A stretch of 64,000 nt of DNA, taken from assembly GCA_965223845.1 (NCBI GenBank), contig CBDCXR010000004.1, positions 6,368,001 to 6,432,000 on the forward strand, written 5' to 3'. Position numbers and translations under genes: made by a program. Numbering within the stretch: the first letter of the stretch is position 1; every line of letters begins with the position of its first letter. This DNA comes from Planctomycetota bacterium. Lineage in GTDB: Bacteria; Planctomycetota; UBA8108; SXIK01. Positions 47,622-57,448 of this stretch are shown piece after piece. The notes beneath the pieces were generated by a model. It was not told the DNA's origin and ran no database searches. It saw only the letters and a program-made list of their open reading frames with translations.

Positions 47622-47752
47622 AGTCCGCCGCGCCGCGCAGGCGTGGCTCGCGGGCCGAGGCCATTGAGGACTCGGCGGCAGTCACTCCGCCACGGCTCGC
47701 TTCGCGCGAGCGGAGCTAGATCACGAACCACCGCGGCCAGCGGGTTCAGAGT

Positions 47753-48535
<783 letters not shown>

Positions 48536-49028
48536 GTTCGTCTCCGAAGGCGATGCGGTTGGGAGGTCGGCGGACAGAGAGCCGCCTCGCCCTCTCATCG
48601 TAGTCGGAGGTTCCGCCGGCGGCCAGCAGTCATCCGGGAATTGAGCCGTGCGCGCGGTGTCCACGAGCTGGACAGCGGAAGGTCGTTCTCGCCGCTTATC
48701 GGCCCGTCTTTCGACGGATTCTCGGAAGCGACCTACACTTCCGAGGGCCAAGAGCCCGGGTTTTCGCGATCCCGCGTCTCGAGCGTGGATCCTCTTCGCG
48801 GAGACCGCGGCCGGTTCCGCAGAAGTTCGAGCTCGGTCGGGAAGGGCCGGATCGAGAGGGGTAGCCGTTCGTTGAAAACCCATTCGGCTGAGCACCAGGA
48901 CCGCTCACGCCGAGGTTCGCCGCGAGTCGCGGAGTCCGCCTGCATTTGTGATCTGCACGCAGACGAGCTGGTTCTCGACTCGAAGCACTTTTCAACGAGC
49001 TTCTAACGCAAAGAGAGAGGGTAGAGAG

Positions 49029-51587
49029 ATGCTCGGTCTGTTCGGCTCGGCGTATCACGGAAAGACGAATCGGCACGCGAGCACGGGAACGTGCGAATCG
49101 TGCGGAGAAACGGGACAACTCGCGAGCTACGACACGAAGGCCTACGGCGTACTCTTTACCGTTCCCGTCGTGTCGCTCGGGAAGAAGCACATCGCGGACG
49201 AATGCCGGTCCTGCGGATCTCACCGAACGACGAAACTGAGCGTCTGGGAGCGGGAGCGCGAGGAAGACATCATCGGCGCGCTCGGCGCGCTGCGGCAGAA
49301 TCCGCGCAGCGCCGAGGCGGCCGCTCGAGCGATCGGGGTGGCTCTCGAGTACTTCGATCTCGAGTCGCTCGAGGTCGTCGACACGCTGGTGGGCGAAACG
49401 GCGACGGCGTCCGTCGATCGTTCGCTCGGACTCGCGTACGCCGACCTCGGTCGGATGGAGAAGAGTGTCGAAGTCCTCCGGCGAGCTAAGGCGCGAGAGG
49501 ACTCTCCGGAAACGCGGGAGGCACTTGCGCGCACGTACCTCAATCTCCATCGACCCGTCGAGGCGGCTGCTCTTCTCCGGCACATCTTCGAGGAGCCGAA
49601 CGAACGCGGCTGCGGGATCGCGCTCCAGCTCGTCGAGGCGTATCAGACGCAGGGGCTCCATGATGACGCCCTCGCGACGCTCGAGCGAATCGCGGCGACC
49701 TGGCCGGACGTCGCGCGCGGAGAGGAGTACGCGCGATGGAAGAACATCTCCGAGCGGCATCGCGAATCGGGAAAGCGCATCGCAGCGAAAACGCTCACGC
49801 CGGGACGCGCGACGCTCGAGGATGAGCCCGACACCTCGAGCGCGTGGTCGCGAGTTCTCGGACCGGCGCTGGCGATCGTTTTCGTGTCGGCCTACTGCTG
49901 GTACGCCCATCACCTCGGTGAGAACCGCGAGCTCCATCTCATCAATGGAACCGGCGTCGCGTACGCGGTGTCCGTCGGCGGTGATGAGCGCAAGCTCCCG
50001 CCTCACTCGCGGACGACGATCCCCGTCGCCGAAGGCGATACCGAAGTGCGCGTCGTCGATTCGGCGCTCGATCTTCCACCGGTCGTGTGTTCGATCTCGA
50101 CCTCGTTCTTTCTCCGCCCGATCTACAATCCGATCTACATCGTCAACCCGGATCGATCGGCGATCATGATCCACGAGCGCGGGGTGTATACACGGGCGGG
50201 CGATGGCGAAACGACGTGGGATCTGCACGTCGGTCAGGGGTTCTACTCGTGGCCCGATGTCGACTGTCACTTCCGCGAATTGCCGGAAACCGTTTACGTG
50301 CGAAGGCGGAATAGCGCGACACGGATTCGGGTGGATCAGCTTCGGGAAGAGAGAGGTCACGCGATCGCGATCCTCTTTCAGTACAACGTCGAGGCCGCGC
50401 GAGAGTATCTGAGAAACGCGCTTCGCATCGAACCGAACGATCCCGAGTTGCTGACTCCCCTCGAGACGACCATGCCTCCGGACGAGGCGATCGCGATCTG
50501 CGATCGAGTTCGTCCCGAGCGACCGGTCTACGTGCACGCGCATCGAACCTATCAGCGACTTCTCGACCGTCATCAACCCGATGTCGATCTCGAGGCGGAG
50601 TATCGGGAGATTCTCTCCGAGGAGCCGGATGACCGAGCGCTTCGTTACCTCGCGGCGATGGTGACGACGCACGGGGAGTCGGCGAAGCGACTGCTTCGAA
50701 GTGCGCTCACGGGTTCGGATCCCTGTCCGGAGGCGGCCGTGGAGGTCGCGTTTCGAGCGCTGTGCGCGGGCAAGAACGAGGCCGCACTCAGCGTCGTCGC
50801 GAAGGCGCGAACACTCGGAGCTTCGGGGTACCGACTCGATCTCGTCGAGTCGGCCGGCCGACTCGCGACCGAGCAGTGGGAACCGCTCCTCGACGAATGT
50901 CGCGCTGAGAGGGCTCTGCGTCCGCTCGACGCCGACCTCGCGATCCGAGAGATCGATCTCCTCGTCCGACTCGGGCGTTCCGAGGCGGCTCGGGCCATCC
51001 CGGAAGCGTACGTGGTCGCCGCGAGGAACAACGGCGCCGACGCGTCGGTCAATCGCTGGAACCGCGGTTACCTCGCGAGCGAAGTCGCGTACCGAAGCGG
51101 TGACTACGAGGCAGCCTGGGGACTCGTCGCGGGACTCGAAGACGCCTACATACAGTTTCGAGCGGCGCTCTCGATCGGAAAGGTCGCCCGTGCGAGCGAG
51201 CAGCTCCTCGAGAGCGGAATCGAAGATTTCGATGATCACGTCGCGGTCTATCTGATCGCGAGCCGAGAGAAGTTTGACGAGCTCGGGCGCCGACATCTTC
51301 GCGTCGCGACACGAGATCTTCGCGCGCGCGGCGGGACGTTTCGGCAGTTCGCCGAGTGGCTCGAAGGAAATGAGGCGCCGGCGCTCGACGAGGTCGTCGA
51401 CGCTCCGCTCCGGCCGCACTTCAAGCGGATCGTGGTCGCGGCACTCGGCGTGCGCTTTCCCCGCGCGGCGGACGGGTTCTTCAAGCTGGCGGCAAAGCTG
51501 AACTTCGCGCGCGGATTCCCGCACCACGCGGTCGCCGCGGTCGCGGGAGAGCATCGCCCGGTTCGAGTGGGCGAGTTGGGGAACTAG
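49029..51587 (+). CDS. Zinc-ribbon + TPR-like single-pass membrane protein
   Basis: GAGAG precedes ATG49029. CESC..LFTVP..CRSC zinc ribbon, helical TPR-like repeats, TM VLGPALAIVFVSAYCWY, then further TPR-like helices. Confidence 0.8.
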   Translation: MLGLFGSAYHGKTNRHASTGTCESCGETGQLASYDTKAYGVLFTVPVVSLGKKHIADECRSCGSHRTTKLSVWEREREEDIIGALGALRQNPRSAEAAARAIGVALEYFDLESLEVVDTLVGETATASVDRSLGLAYADLGRMEKSVEVLRRAKAREDSPETREALARTYLNLHRPVEAAALLRHIFEEPNERGCGIALQLVEAYQTQGLHDDALATLERIAATWPDVARGEEYARWKNISERHRESGKRIAAKTLTPGRATLEDEPDTSSAWSRVLGPALAIVFVSAYCWYAHHLGENRELHLINGTGVAYAVSVGGDERKLPPHSRTTIPVAEGDTEVRVVDSALDLPPVVCSISTSFFLRPIYNPIYIVNPDRSAIMIHERGVYTRAGDGETTWDLHVGQGFYSWPDVDCHFRELPETVYVRRRNSATRIRVDQLREERGHAIAILFQYNVEAAREYLRNALRIEPNDPELLTPLETTMPPDEAIAICDRVRPERPVYVHAHRTYQRLLDRHQPDVDLEAEYREILSEEPDDRALRYLAAMVTTHGESAKRLLRSALTGSDPCPEAAVEVAFRALCAGKNEAALSVVAKARTLGASGYRLDLVESAGRLATEQWEPLLDECRAERALRPLDADLAIREIDLLVRLGRSEAARAIPEAYVVAARNNGADASVNRWNRGYLASEVAYRSGDYEAAWGLVAGLEDAYIQFRAALSIGKVARASEQLLESGIEDFDDHVAVYLIASREKFDELGRRHLRVATRDLRARGGTFRQFAEWLEGNEAPALDEVVDAPLRPHFKRIVVAALGVRFPRAADGFFKLAAKLNFARGFPHHAVAAVAGEHRPVRVGELGN

Positions 51588-52225
51588 ACCCAAGGCGCGC
51601 GCGGCAGAAGGATCGACGCAGAGTACGTTCTCGCTCGGCGACGAGCGCCGCGAGTGGGATCGAGCCGCGCTGCCATCGCTCGCGTGTCGTGCCGAACGGT
51701 GAGCGAAGCGACTCGAAAACCTCGCTAACGACGTTCCGTCCGCGTCCGCGCCGCTTCGCGCCGCATTCGGGACAACTCTCCCGCGGCGGACGAATGCGGT
51801 AGCCGCCGCCCCGTCTCTCTTTCGCGGACTCGAGTTGCCCGCGATCCCCCCGCCTAGCGACAGTCCGCCCCGACGTCTTGCCGCCGACGCCGATTGTTCT
51901 TGGTGCGGGCTCGAGCGTGAGCGAGACTGGCGCTGAGAACGAGGCCGGTCGGGGACGGGTACCCGCCTACCGAGTTTCGACCGGGGAGGCCGATCCTTCA
52001 CGCGGGTCGAGTTCGGGGTAGCAGAAGCGCGAACGCCGCGACCGTGGAAATTCCGATCGAGGCCAGATCTGTCGGAAATCCGCGGAGAACTCCGACGGTT
52101 CTCGGCGGCGGATCGCGTTCATCGGGGTAGGGGCGTACGCACGGGACGTTTCGCTCGTGCGGCGGCGAGCGCGAACACCCTCGCCCAGACACCGGGAATG
52201 CACTCAACAAAAAGGGGTTGGAACC

Positions 52226-55200
52226 ATGTCGAAGCCGATCGATGACGGGCGGGCAGAGTGGGTCGAGGACGGTGATCGCGGTTGCGGCCCACGGGGAATC
52301 CTGGTCCTCGCCCTGCTCGTGACGTCGGTGTTGACGACGAGCACCCTCTCGACGCGAGCCGAGCCTCCCGACTTCTACGTGTCGGGAAGCGTGCGCGTCA
52401 CGATCGGACCGGACGAAGCCACGGCGCAGATTCGCTGGCAGCTCACGGACGAAAAGAACGACCGCGGCGATTGGATCCCCGCCGGAGACCGCTGGGCGAG
52501 CTCGAACGACGTCCTCGCCGGAATTCCTCCGGGAGAGTACGGCGTCGTGTTCGAAACGGACGGCGCGTGGAATCCGCCCGATGCGCGAACGGTGTACGTC
52601 GCACCGGCGGAGGATACGGAGCAGTCGGTGCTCGCTCAATCCGCGACGATCTACGAGACGGTCTCCGACGTTCCGACTCAGAACATCCGGCACGGCGATA
52701 CTCTGAAGTTCTTCGTTGCGAGCGGTGGATCACTCGTTCGCGTCGACACCGAACCCGGGGTGGAGCGCGACCTCTCGTTCGAAGGCGGCGTCTTTACGTA
52801 TCGTCCGTCCGAAGGCGAAGTGCGTCAGTTCACCGCAATCCTCTCCGGTGGCGGCACTCAGCAAGCCGTGGTGATCAACCCGCTTCGCATCCTCCCTTCC
52901 GAAGCCGATGTCATCGAGTACCGCGGCGACTTTCCGTGGCCGGAGAGCGCGGAGCGGAAGGCGTACCTGACGGTATCCGAAGAGGTCGGTCCCGCGCGCG
53001 CGTTCAACCACGAGAACCAGCCGACGCGTGCGGCGACGATCTCCGGGCAGCGAGTCGTATTCGAGCGCGGGCACGAAAGCGGTCTCTACGAGTCGTTCGC
53101 CTACGCCGACGACCAGATCGATAACGACAACGTCGCGTCGATGGTAATCTACGCCGACCAGGTCGTTGTCCGCGAGCGCGTCGAGCTGCCGTCGACGGCG
53201 CTCACGATCTTCGCGCGCGAACTGATCTTCGAAGACACGGACGGCGTCGAGGCCGCATTCATCACGACTCCGCTCCAGGCCGATCCCGCGCGCGACGGCT
53301 TCTGGCGGGACAACAAGCCCCACTCACCGGTTCACGGCGTCGACGGCGCGCAGGGGCTTGCCGCGGGCGGAGCTGCGCTTCATGTCGGCGCGATCACCGC
53401 ACCGGGCCCCACGACGCGGCTCGTGCTACGGGGCGGCACCGGTCAGGATGGCGGAGTCGGAAAGCATGGACCGGCGCTCAACAATCGAACGTCGTATACC
53501 GTCTACAATCCCGGCGACGGGATGCCCGGCTACCCGGCCGGCTATTCGGGCAAAGTCATCGGCGCGATCTTCTCCGAGTGCTGCCTCGGTTGCCGCGAGA
53601 AGGATCGCCAGGGGCGGACGAGCTGCATCCGAAGCGGATGGGACGCCGTTGCCGACGGCGCGTCGGGAAAAGGGGGGAGTGCGGGCCATCTCGTCGCACC
53701 GTTCGATCTCGCGTCCATTTCCGACTTGCGCGTCGGCATCTACGGCCGCGGTGCGGTGCGGCGATCGGGGTCGCTGGGGGACACGCCGACCGGAGCAAGG
53801 GTCGCGAGGAACTCCTACAACTGCCTGGGACAGTGGGGCAGCTGGAGCTCGACCAACTGCGGCAACCGTCACGGCAACGACCAGGCCGCCAAGGATTTCG
53901 TCGGGGCCGATCCGGTCGCGGGCGAGATGCGCGCGGAGCTCGAGCCATCGGCGTGGCTTCACCCGATCTCGGTGCGCGTGATGCTCGAGTACGCTCGCGA
54001 TGCGTATCTCAACGGCTACCCAGACATCGTGCGGAACGTGGTGGCGCCGTACGCCGTCGCTCTCGAGGCGTACGAGAACCCTCCGGAAGAGATCGCGAAC
54101 GAGCTCGCGCAGCTCGAAAGCGAAGTGACGACCATCCTCCATCGGCTCGACAGCAACCTCGATTACTTCGGGTTCCCGGCCGGTTGGGTGCCGATGCTTT
54201 CCTTCGAGGTGACGTCGCGGCTCTTCCAAGACGAAGTCGAGGCGGCCGGCGACATTCTCTATCTCACTCACTACCTCGGGCGAGCGGCGAGCGAGGCGAC
54301 GGCGAAGGTCGACGCTCTGACGCGACTCCGGGCCGAGCTCTCGCGAGAGATCGCCGAGTTCAAGGAGCGCCTCAGCGAGGTGAGGGTCGGATTCGATGAC
54401 CTCCAGATCAAGGCGGGGCTCATCGACCAGGACATCCGCGACACCGGTCGCGAGCTCGAACGACGCGAGGCCGAATTGAGGGAGAAGGCCAAGCTGAACG
54501 CCGCGCTCAAAAAATCGTTTCGCGTGCTCGGCAATACTCTTCCTCTCATTCCCGTCGGTCAGCCCGCGCTCGGGCTCGCGGGCGCCGGACTCACCGCGGC
54601 GTCGAAGTTCAACGAGCAGAGTGCGCTCGACAACGCGATCGACGGCACGAACATCGCGCACGATTTTCTTGGGTCGCACATGGAATCGAGCCTCGAGGAG
54701 TACCAGATCGCCGCCGAGGGCGGCCAGGCCGGCGCCGCGTTCCTCGCGCGGCAGAAGGCACTCCAAGGATTCGACGCGGCGCTCGTGGGCGTCAACTCGA
54801 CTCTTCAAGAAGTGAAGACGTGGGAAAGCGACGTCGATCGAGAGGTGCAGATCCTCGCGGCCGAGGATCCAGAGCACAAAGATCTCGTCGAGGAGATCAA
54901 GAAGCTGAACGAACGAAAGCGCGAGTTCGTCGAGGAAATGGTCGTTCTCATCCAGCAGGCGAAGGCCCTCATGGACGGGATCAATCAAAACTCCCTCGCG
55001 CTCGATAACTTGAACCGCGAGACGGTGGCCGCGTTCGGTCAGATCGATGAATCCGCATTCCGCTACATCAAGGAGATGGAGCGGCGCTCGAAAGACCGGC
55101 TCCTCAAGTTTCAGTACTACCTCATCAAGGCGTACCAGTACCGTACGGTGCGCTCGTTCGCCGAAGTGAACGAGAACGCGTACGAGCTCGGCGCGGTGTT

Positions 55201-56518
55201 CGAGCATTTTGCCGACAACTTTACGAACGATTTCTCGCCCGAGGCCGGTGCGCCGATCCTCAGCCGAGACGCTCAGCCGAATCTCGTCGACGTGTACACC
55301 GAGCAAGTGCGTCAGGTGACGGCGCAAATCGTCGACCACCTCGTCCAGGAGCCGCCCGAACAGACCGACACGCTCCTCGTCGAGCTGGACGGCGCGCAGC
55401 TCGCGAAGCTGAACGCCTGGGACGATAGCTTCGGAGCCAATCCCGACGGCGATTTGAAGCTCAACCTCGTCGAGCTCGGCGGGCTCTTCGACCAGCAGCA
55501 AGAGAATCTACGGATTTTCGAGCTGACGGTCGACGAGCTCGAAGCCTCGCCGCGCGGCGCGAGCGGCCCGGCGCGCGTCACGGTTCACATTCAGCACTCT
55601 GGTCAGTCGCTGATCTCGTCGAAGGGCGGAGTCTTTCGCTTCAATCACTACCGGACTCTCGAAACGCCTCCGATTTCATGGCGTGCGCGCTTCGATCCGT
55701 CGACGGGGACTCACTCGACGCCCGAACTCTCCGCGGCGAGCAATTCGCTTCTCGAAACGCTTCTGAGTGGGCTGGAGGGCGACGTGCCGGACGACTTGCT
55801 TCTCTATTCACGTCCGTCGGCCTGGGCCGACCTCACCATCTCGAAGGAGACCCTCTCCGACGTTCACGAGATGCAGATCGACAAGCTCGTTCTCAAGCTG
55901 CGCGTCGATTTCTCGGAGAAGGAGCGGCGACAAGCGGAGCTCGACGTGCGCATCGACTCGGATACGGGCGAGGAGCTCGCGGCGAACATCGTCGTCGAGG
56001 AGCTCGACGAAAACTTGCGGCACGACGGGCGCGGGGCGTTCCGGCGGATCTACCGCGCGGGCGAGCGCGTGACGCTCGAAGCTTCCCGCTTCTACGGCGC
56101 GTACCGCTTCGATCGCTGGGTCAATCGCCGCGGCGACGACGTCGGCACGGGAAACATGCTCAGCTTGACCTTGCCTCTCAGCGACAGCGCGACGATCTCA
56201 CGCTTCCGTGCGATCTACACGGCGAACGATGGCGGCGGTGGCGATATCTACAAGCGAGGCGACGCGAACGCCGACGGCGGAGCGAACGTAGCGGACGCGA
56301 TTTGGATCCTCAATCGACTCTTCGGCGACGGTGATCCGATCGTCTGTGAGAAGACGGCGGACGTGAACGACAGCGGGAGCGTCAACATCGCCGACCCGAT
56401 CTTCCTCCTCAATCACCTGTTCGGGGACGCGGAGACGCCGGCCGATCCGTGGGGAAGCTGCGGTGCGGATCCGACCCCGGACGTGCTGAGCTGTGCGATC
56501 TACACGCCTTGCTTGTAA
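52226..56518 (+). CDS. Large exported protein: Gly/Cys-rich region, coiled-coil hairpin and Tc-toxin A-like C-terminal half, Ig-like repeat, C-terminal dockerin-like domain
   Basis: AAAGGGG RBS precedes ATG52226. Hydrophobic ILVLALLVTSVL signal, LDYFGFPAGWVP motif, long heptad helices, YYLIKAYQY, YKRGDANADGGANVADAI..DVNDSGSVNIADP. The CDS itself is certain; the toxin-like function is inferred. Confidence 0.75.
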   Translation: MSKPIDDGRAEWVEDGDRGCGPRGILVLALLVTSVLTTSTLSTRAEPPDFYVSGSVRVTIGPDEATAQIRWQLTDEKNDRGDWIPAGDRWASSNDVLAGIPPGEYGVVFETDGAWNPPDARTVYVAPAEDTEQSVLAQSATIYETVSDVPTQNIRHGDTLKFFVASGGSLVRVDTEPGVERDLSFEGGVFTYRPSEGEVRQFTAILSGGGTQQAVVINPLRILPSEADVIEYRGDFPWPESAERKAYLTVSEEVGPARAFNHENQPTRAATISGQRVVFERGHESGLYESFAYADDQIDNDNVASMVIYADQVVVRERVELPSTALTIFARELIFEDTDGVEAAFITTPLQADPARDGFWRDNKPHSPVHGVDGAQGLAAGGAALHVGAITAPGPTTRLVLRGGTGQDGGVGKHGPALNNRTSYTVYNPGDGMPGYPAGYSGKVIGAIFSECCLGCREKDRQGRTSCIRSGWDAVADGASGKGGSAGHLVAPFDLASISDLRVGIYGRGAVRRSGSLGDTPTGARVARNSYNCLGQWGSWSSTNCGNRHGNDQAAKDFVGADPVAGEMRAELEPSAWLHPISVRVMLEYARDAYLNGYPDIVRNVVAPYAVALEAYENPPEEIANELAQLESEVTTILHRLDSNLDYFGFPAGWVPMLSFEVTSRLFQDEVEAAGDILYLTHYLGRAASEATAKVDALTRLRAELSREIAEFKERLSEVRVGFDDLQIKAGLIDQDIRDTGRELERREAELREKAKLNAALKKSFRVLGNTLPLIPVGQPALGLAGAGLTAASKFNEQSALDNAIDGTNIAHDFLGSHMESSLEEYQIAAEGGQAGAAFLARQKALQGFDAALVGVNSTLQEVKTWESDVDREVQILAAEDPEHKDLVEEIKKLNERKREFVEEMVVLIQQAKALMDGINQNSLALDNLNRETVAAFGQIDESAFRYIKEMERRSKDRLLKFQYYLIKAYQYRTVRSFAEVNENAYELGAVFEHFADNFTNDFSPEAGAPILSRDAQPNLVDVYTEQVRQVTAQIVDHLVQEPPEQTDTLLVELDGAQLAKLNAWDDSFGANPDGDLKLNLVELGGLFDQQQENLRIFELTVDELEASPRGASGPARVTVHIQHSGQSLISSKGGVFRFNHYRTLETPPISWRARFDPSTGTHSTPELSAASNSLLETLLSGLEGDVPDDLLLYSRPSAWADLTISKETLSDVHEMQIDKLVLKLRVDFSEKERRQAELDVRIDSDTGEELAANIVVEELDENLRHDGRGAFRRIYRAGERVTLEASRFYGAYRFDRWVNRRGDDVGTGNMLSLTLPLSDSATISRFRAIYTANDGGGGDIYKRGDANADGGANVADAIWILNRLFGDGDPIVCEKTADVNDSGSVNIADPIFLLNHLFGDAETPADPWGSCGADPTPDVLSCAIYTPCL

Positions 56519-56635
56519 GCGACGGAGGCTCGCGCTCAGCAAGGTGAGGTGATCCGCCTGGGAACGATCCGGGAATCGCCGCGATGAGCACAGGATCAAG
56601 CTAAGATGGTGACGGCTTCCATCGAGGCGCGTCGC

Positions 56636-57059
56636 ATGAAGCGATCCTTGTCCGCGATTGTCATCAGCCTAGCGTTCGGCAGCGTCATCGGCTTCTTTGT
56701 CGGTGCCGCGAATCGCGTTCGTATCGCCTCGCTTCGAACGGCGCGACGGCCGGGTCCTGGCCGCGGAGGCAGACGTCCGCGCGATCTTCGCGGAGTGCGT
56801 GCGCTTCCGCTCGGATCGAGATCGCTGGCCGCGAAGCGTCTTGGACGCCCTCGATCCAGGTCCCGAGCCGGGCTCGGGGGTGGCGATGGTCTGCTTCAGT
56901 CCCGACTTAGAGCTCGATCCTTGGGGAGGCCGTTACCACTTGTTGGTCGATGGAGAAGAGGATCAGCTCTTCGTCGTGTCGTTCGGTGCGGACGAGCGAC
57001 CGGGAGGACGGGGACTCGACGCGGACATCATTTTCGGCGGCGATCAACCGTACCGATGA
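56636..57059 (+). pseudogene. Frameshifted type II secretion pseudopilin GspG-like gene
   Basis: TM N-terminus MKRSLSAIVISLAFGSVIGFFVG is in one frame. The GspG C-terminal signature DPWGGRY..VSFGADERPGGRGLDADI is in the +1 frame. The shift lies at about 56715-56750. Confidence 0.65.
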
Positions 57060-57077
57060 GCCGGGAGTCAAGTAGCC

Positions 57078-57393
57078 GTGGCTGAACTCATCGCGACTCT
57101 AGATCTGCTCTGCGTCGACCCAACCGGAAAGCGATCGAACGTCACCGTCTCGATTCGAAGGCCCTACGAATGTGAAGACGGGACTTGGAAATGCCTCGCG
57201 AGCTTGGACGGACTTCATTCGAAGCTTCCCCCCGGCGACGGGCGAGGATTCCCTTCAGGCACTTTGTCTCGCATCGCGACTCGTCCGTGATTTGCTCGTA
57301 GCGTTCAAGTCGCGTGGCGGTCAGATCTTCTTTCCGAAAGAGGAAGACTCCGAGTTCCCGATCGAGGCCTACTGGGCGCCCACGGGACGGTAG
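57078..57393 (+). pseudogene. Frameshifted small protein (DUF6968-like)
   Basis: Removing one C from the C6 run at 57228-57233 joins MAELIAT..VSIRRPYE..WKC..LDGL..KLPP to ATGEDSLQALCLA.., giving a ~104-aa protein with a GxDSLQAL motif. Confidence 0.65.
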
Positions 57394-57448
57394 ACGGTTC
57401 GCCGCAGATTCCCTGCATCGAATTCCCCCGCCGCGGGACCTTATCTGC

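Noticed and set aside
48696-52001. 1101-aa minus-strand ORF
   Set aside because: Antisense shadow of the zinc-ribbon/TPR gene with no domain signatures.
51588-52225. Long intergenic region as a riboswitch or ncRNA; GTAG-type REP-like fragments (~51945-51970, ~52127) and a GTCGGA..TCCGAC dyad (~52071-52096)
   Set aside because: No riboswitch consensus recognised; stems are short and unpaired with other copies. An Rfam search is needed.
53426-55501. 691-aa minus-strand ORF as a possible immunity or overlapping gene
   Set aside because: Composition is typical of the antisense of a coiled-coil gene; no RBS or motif support.
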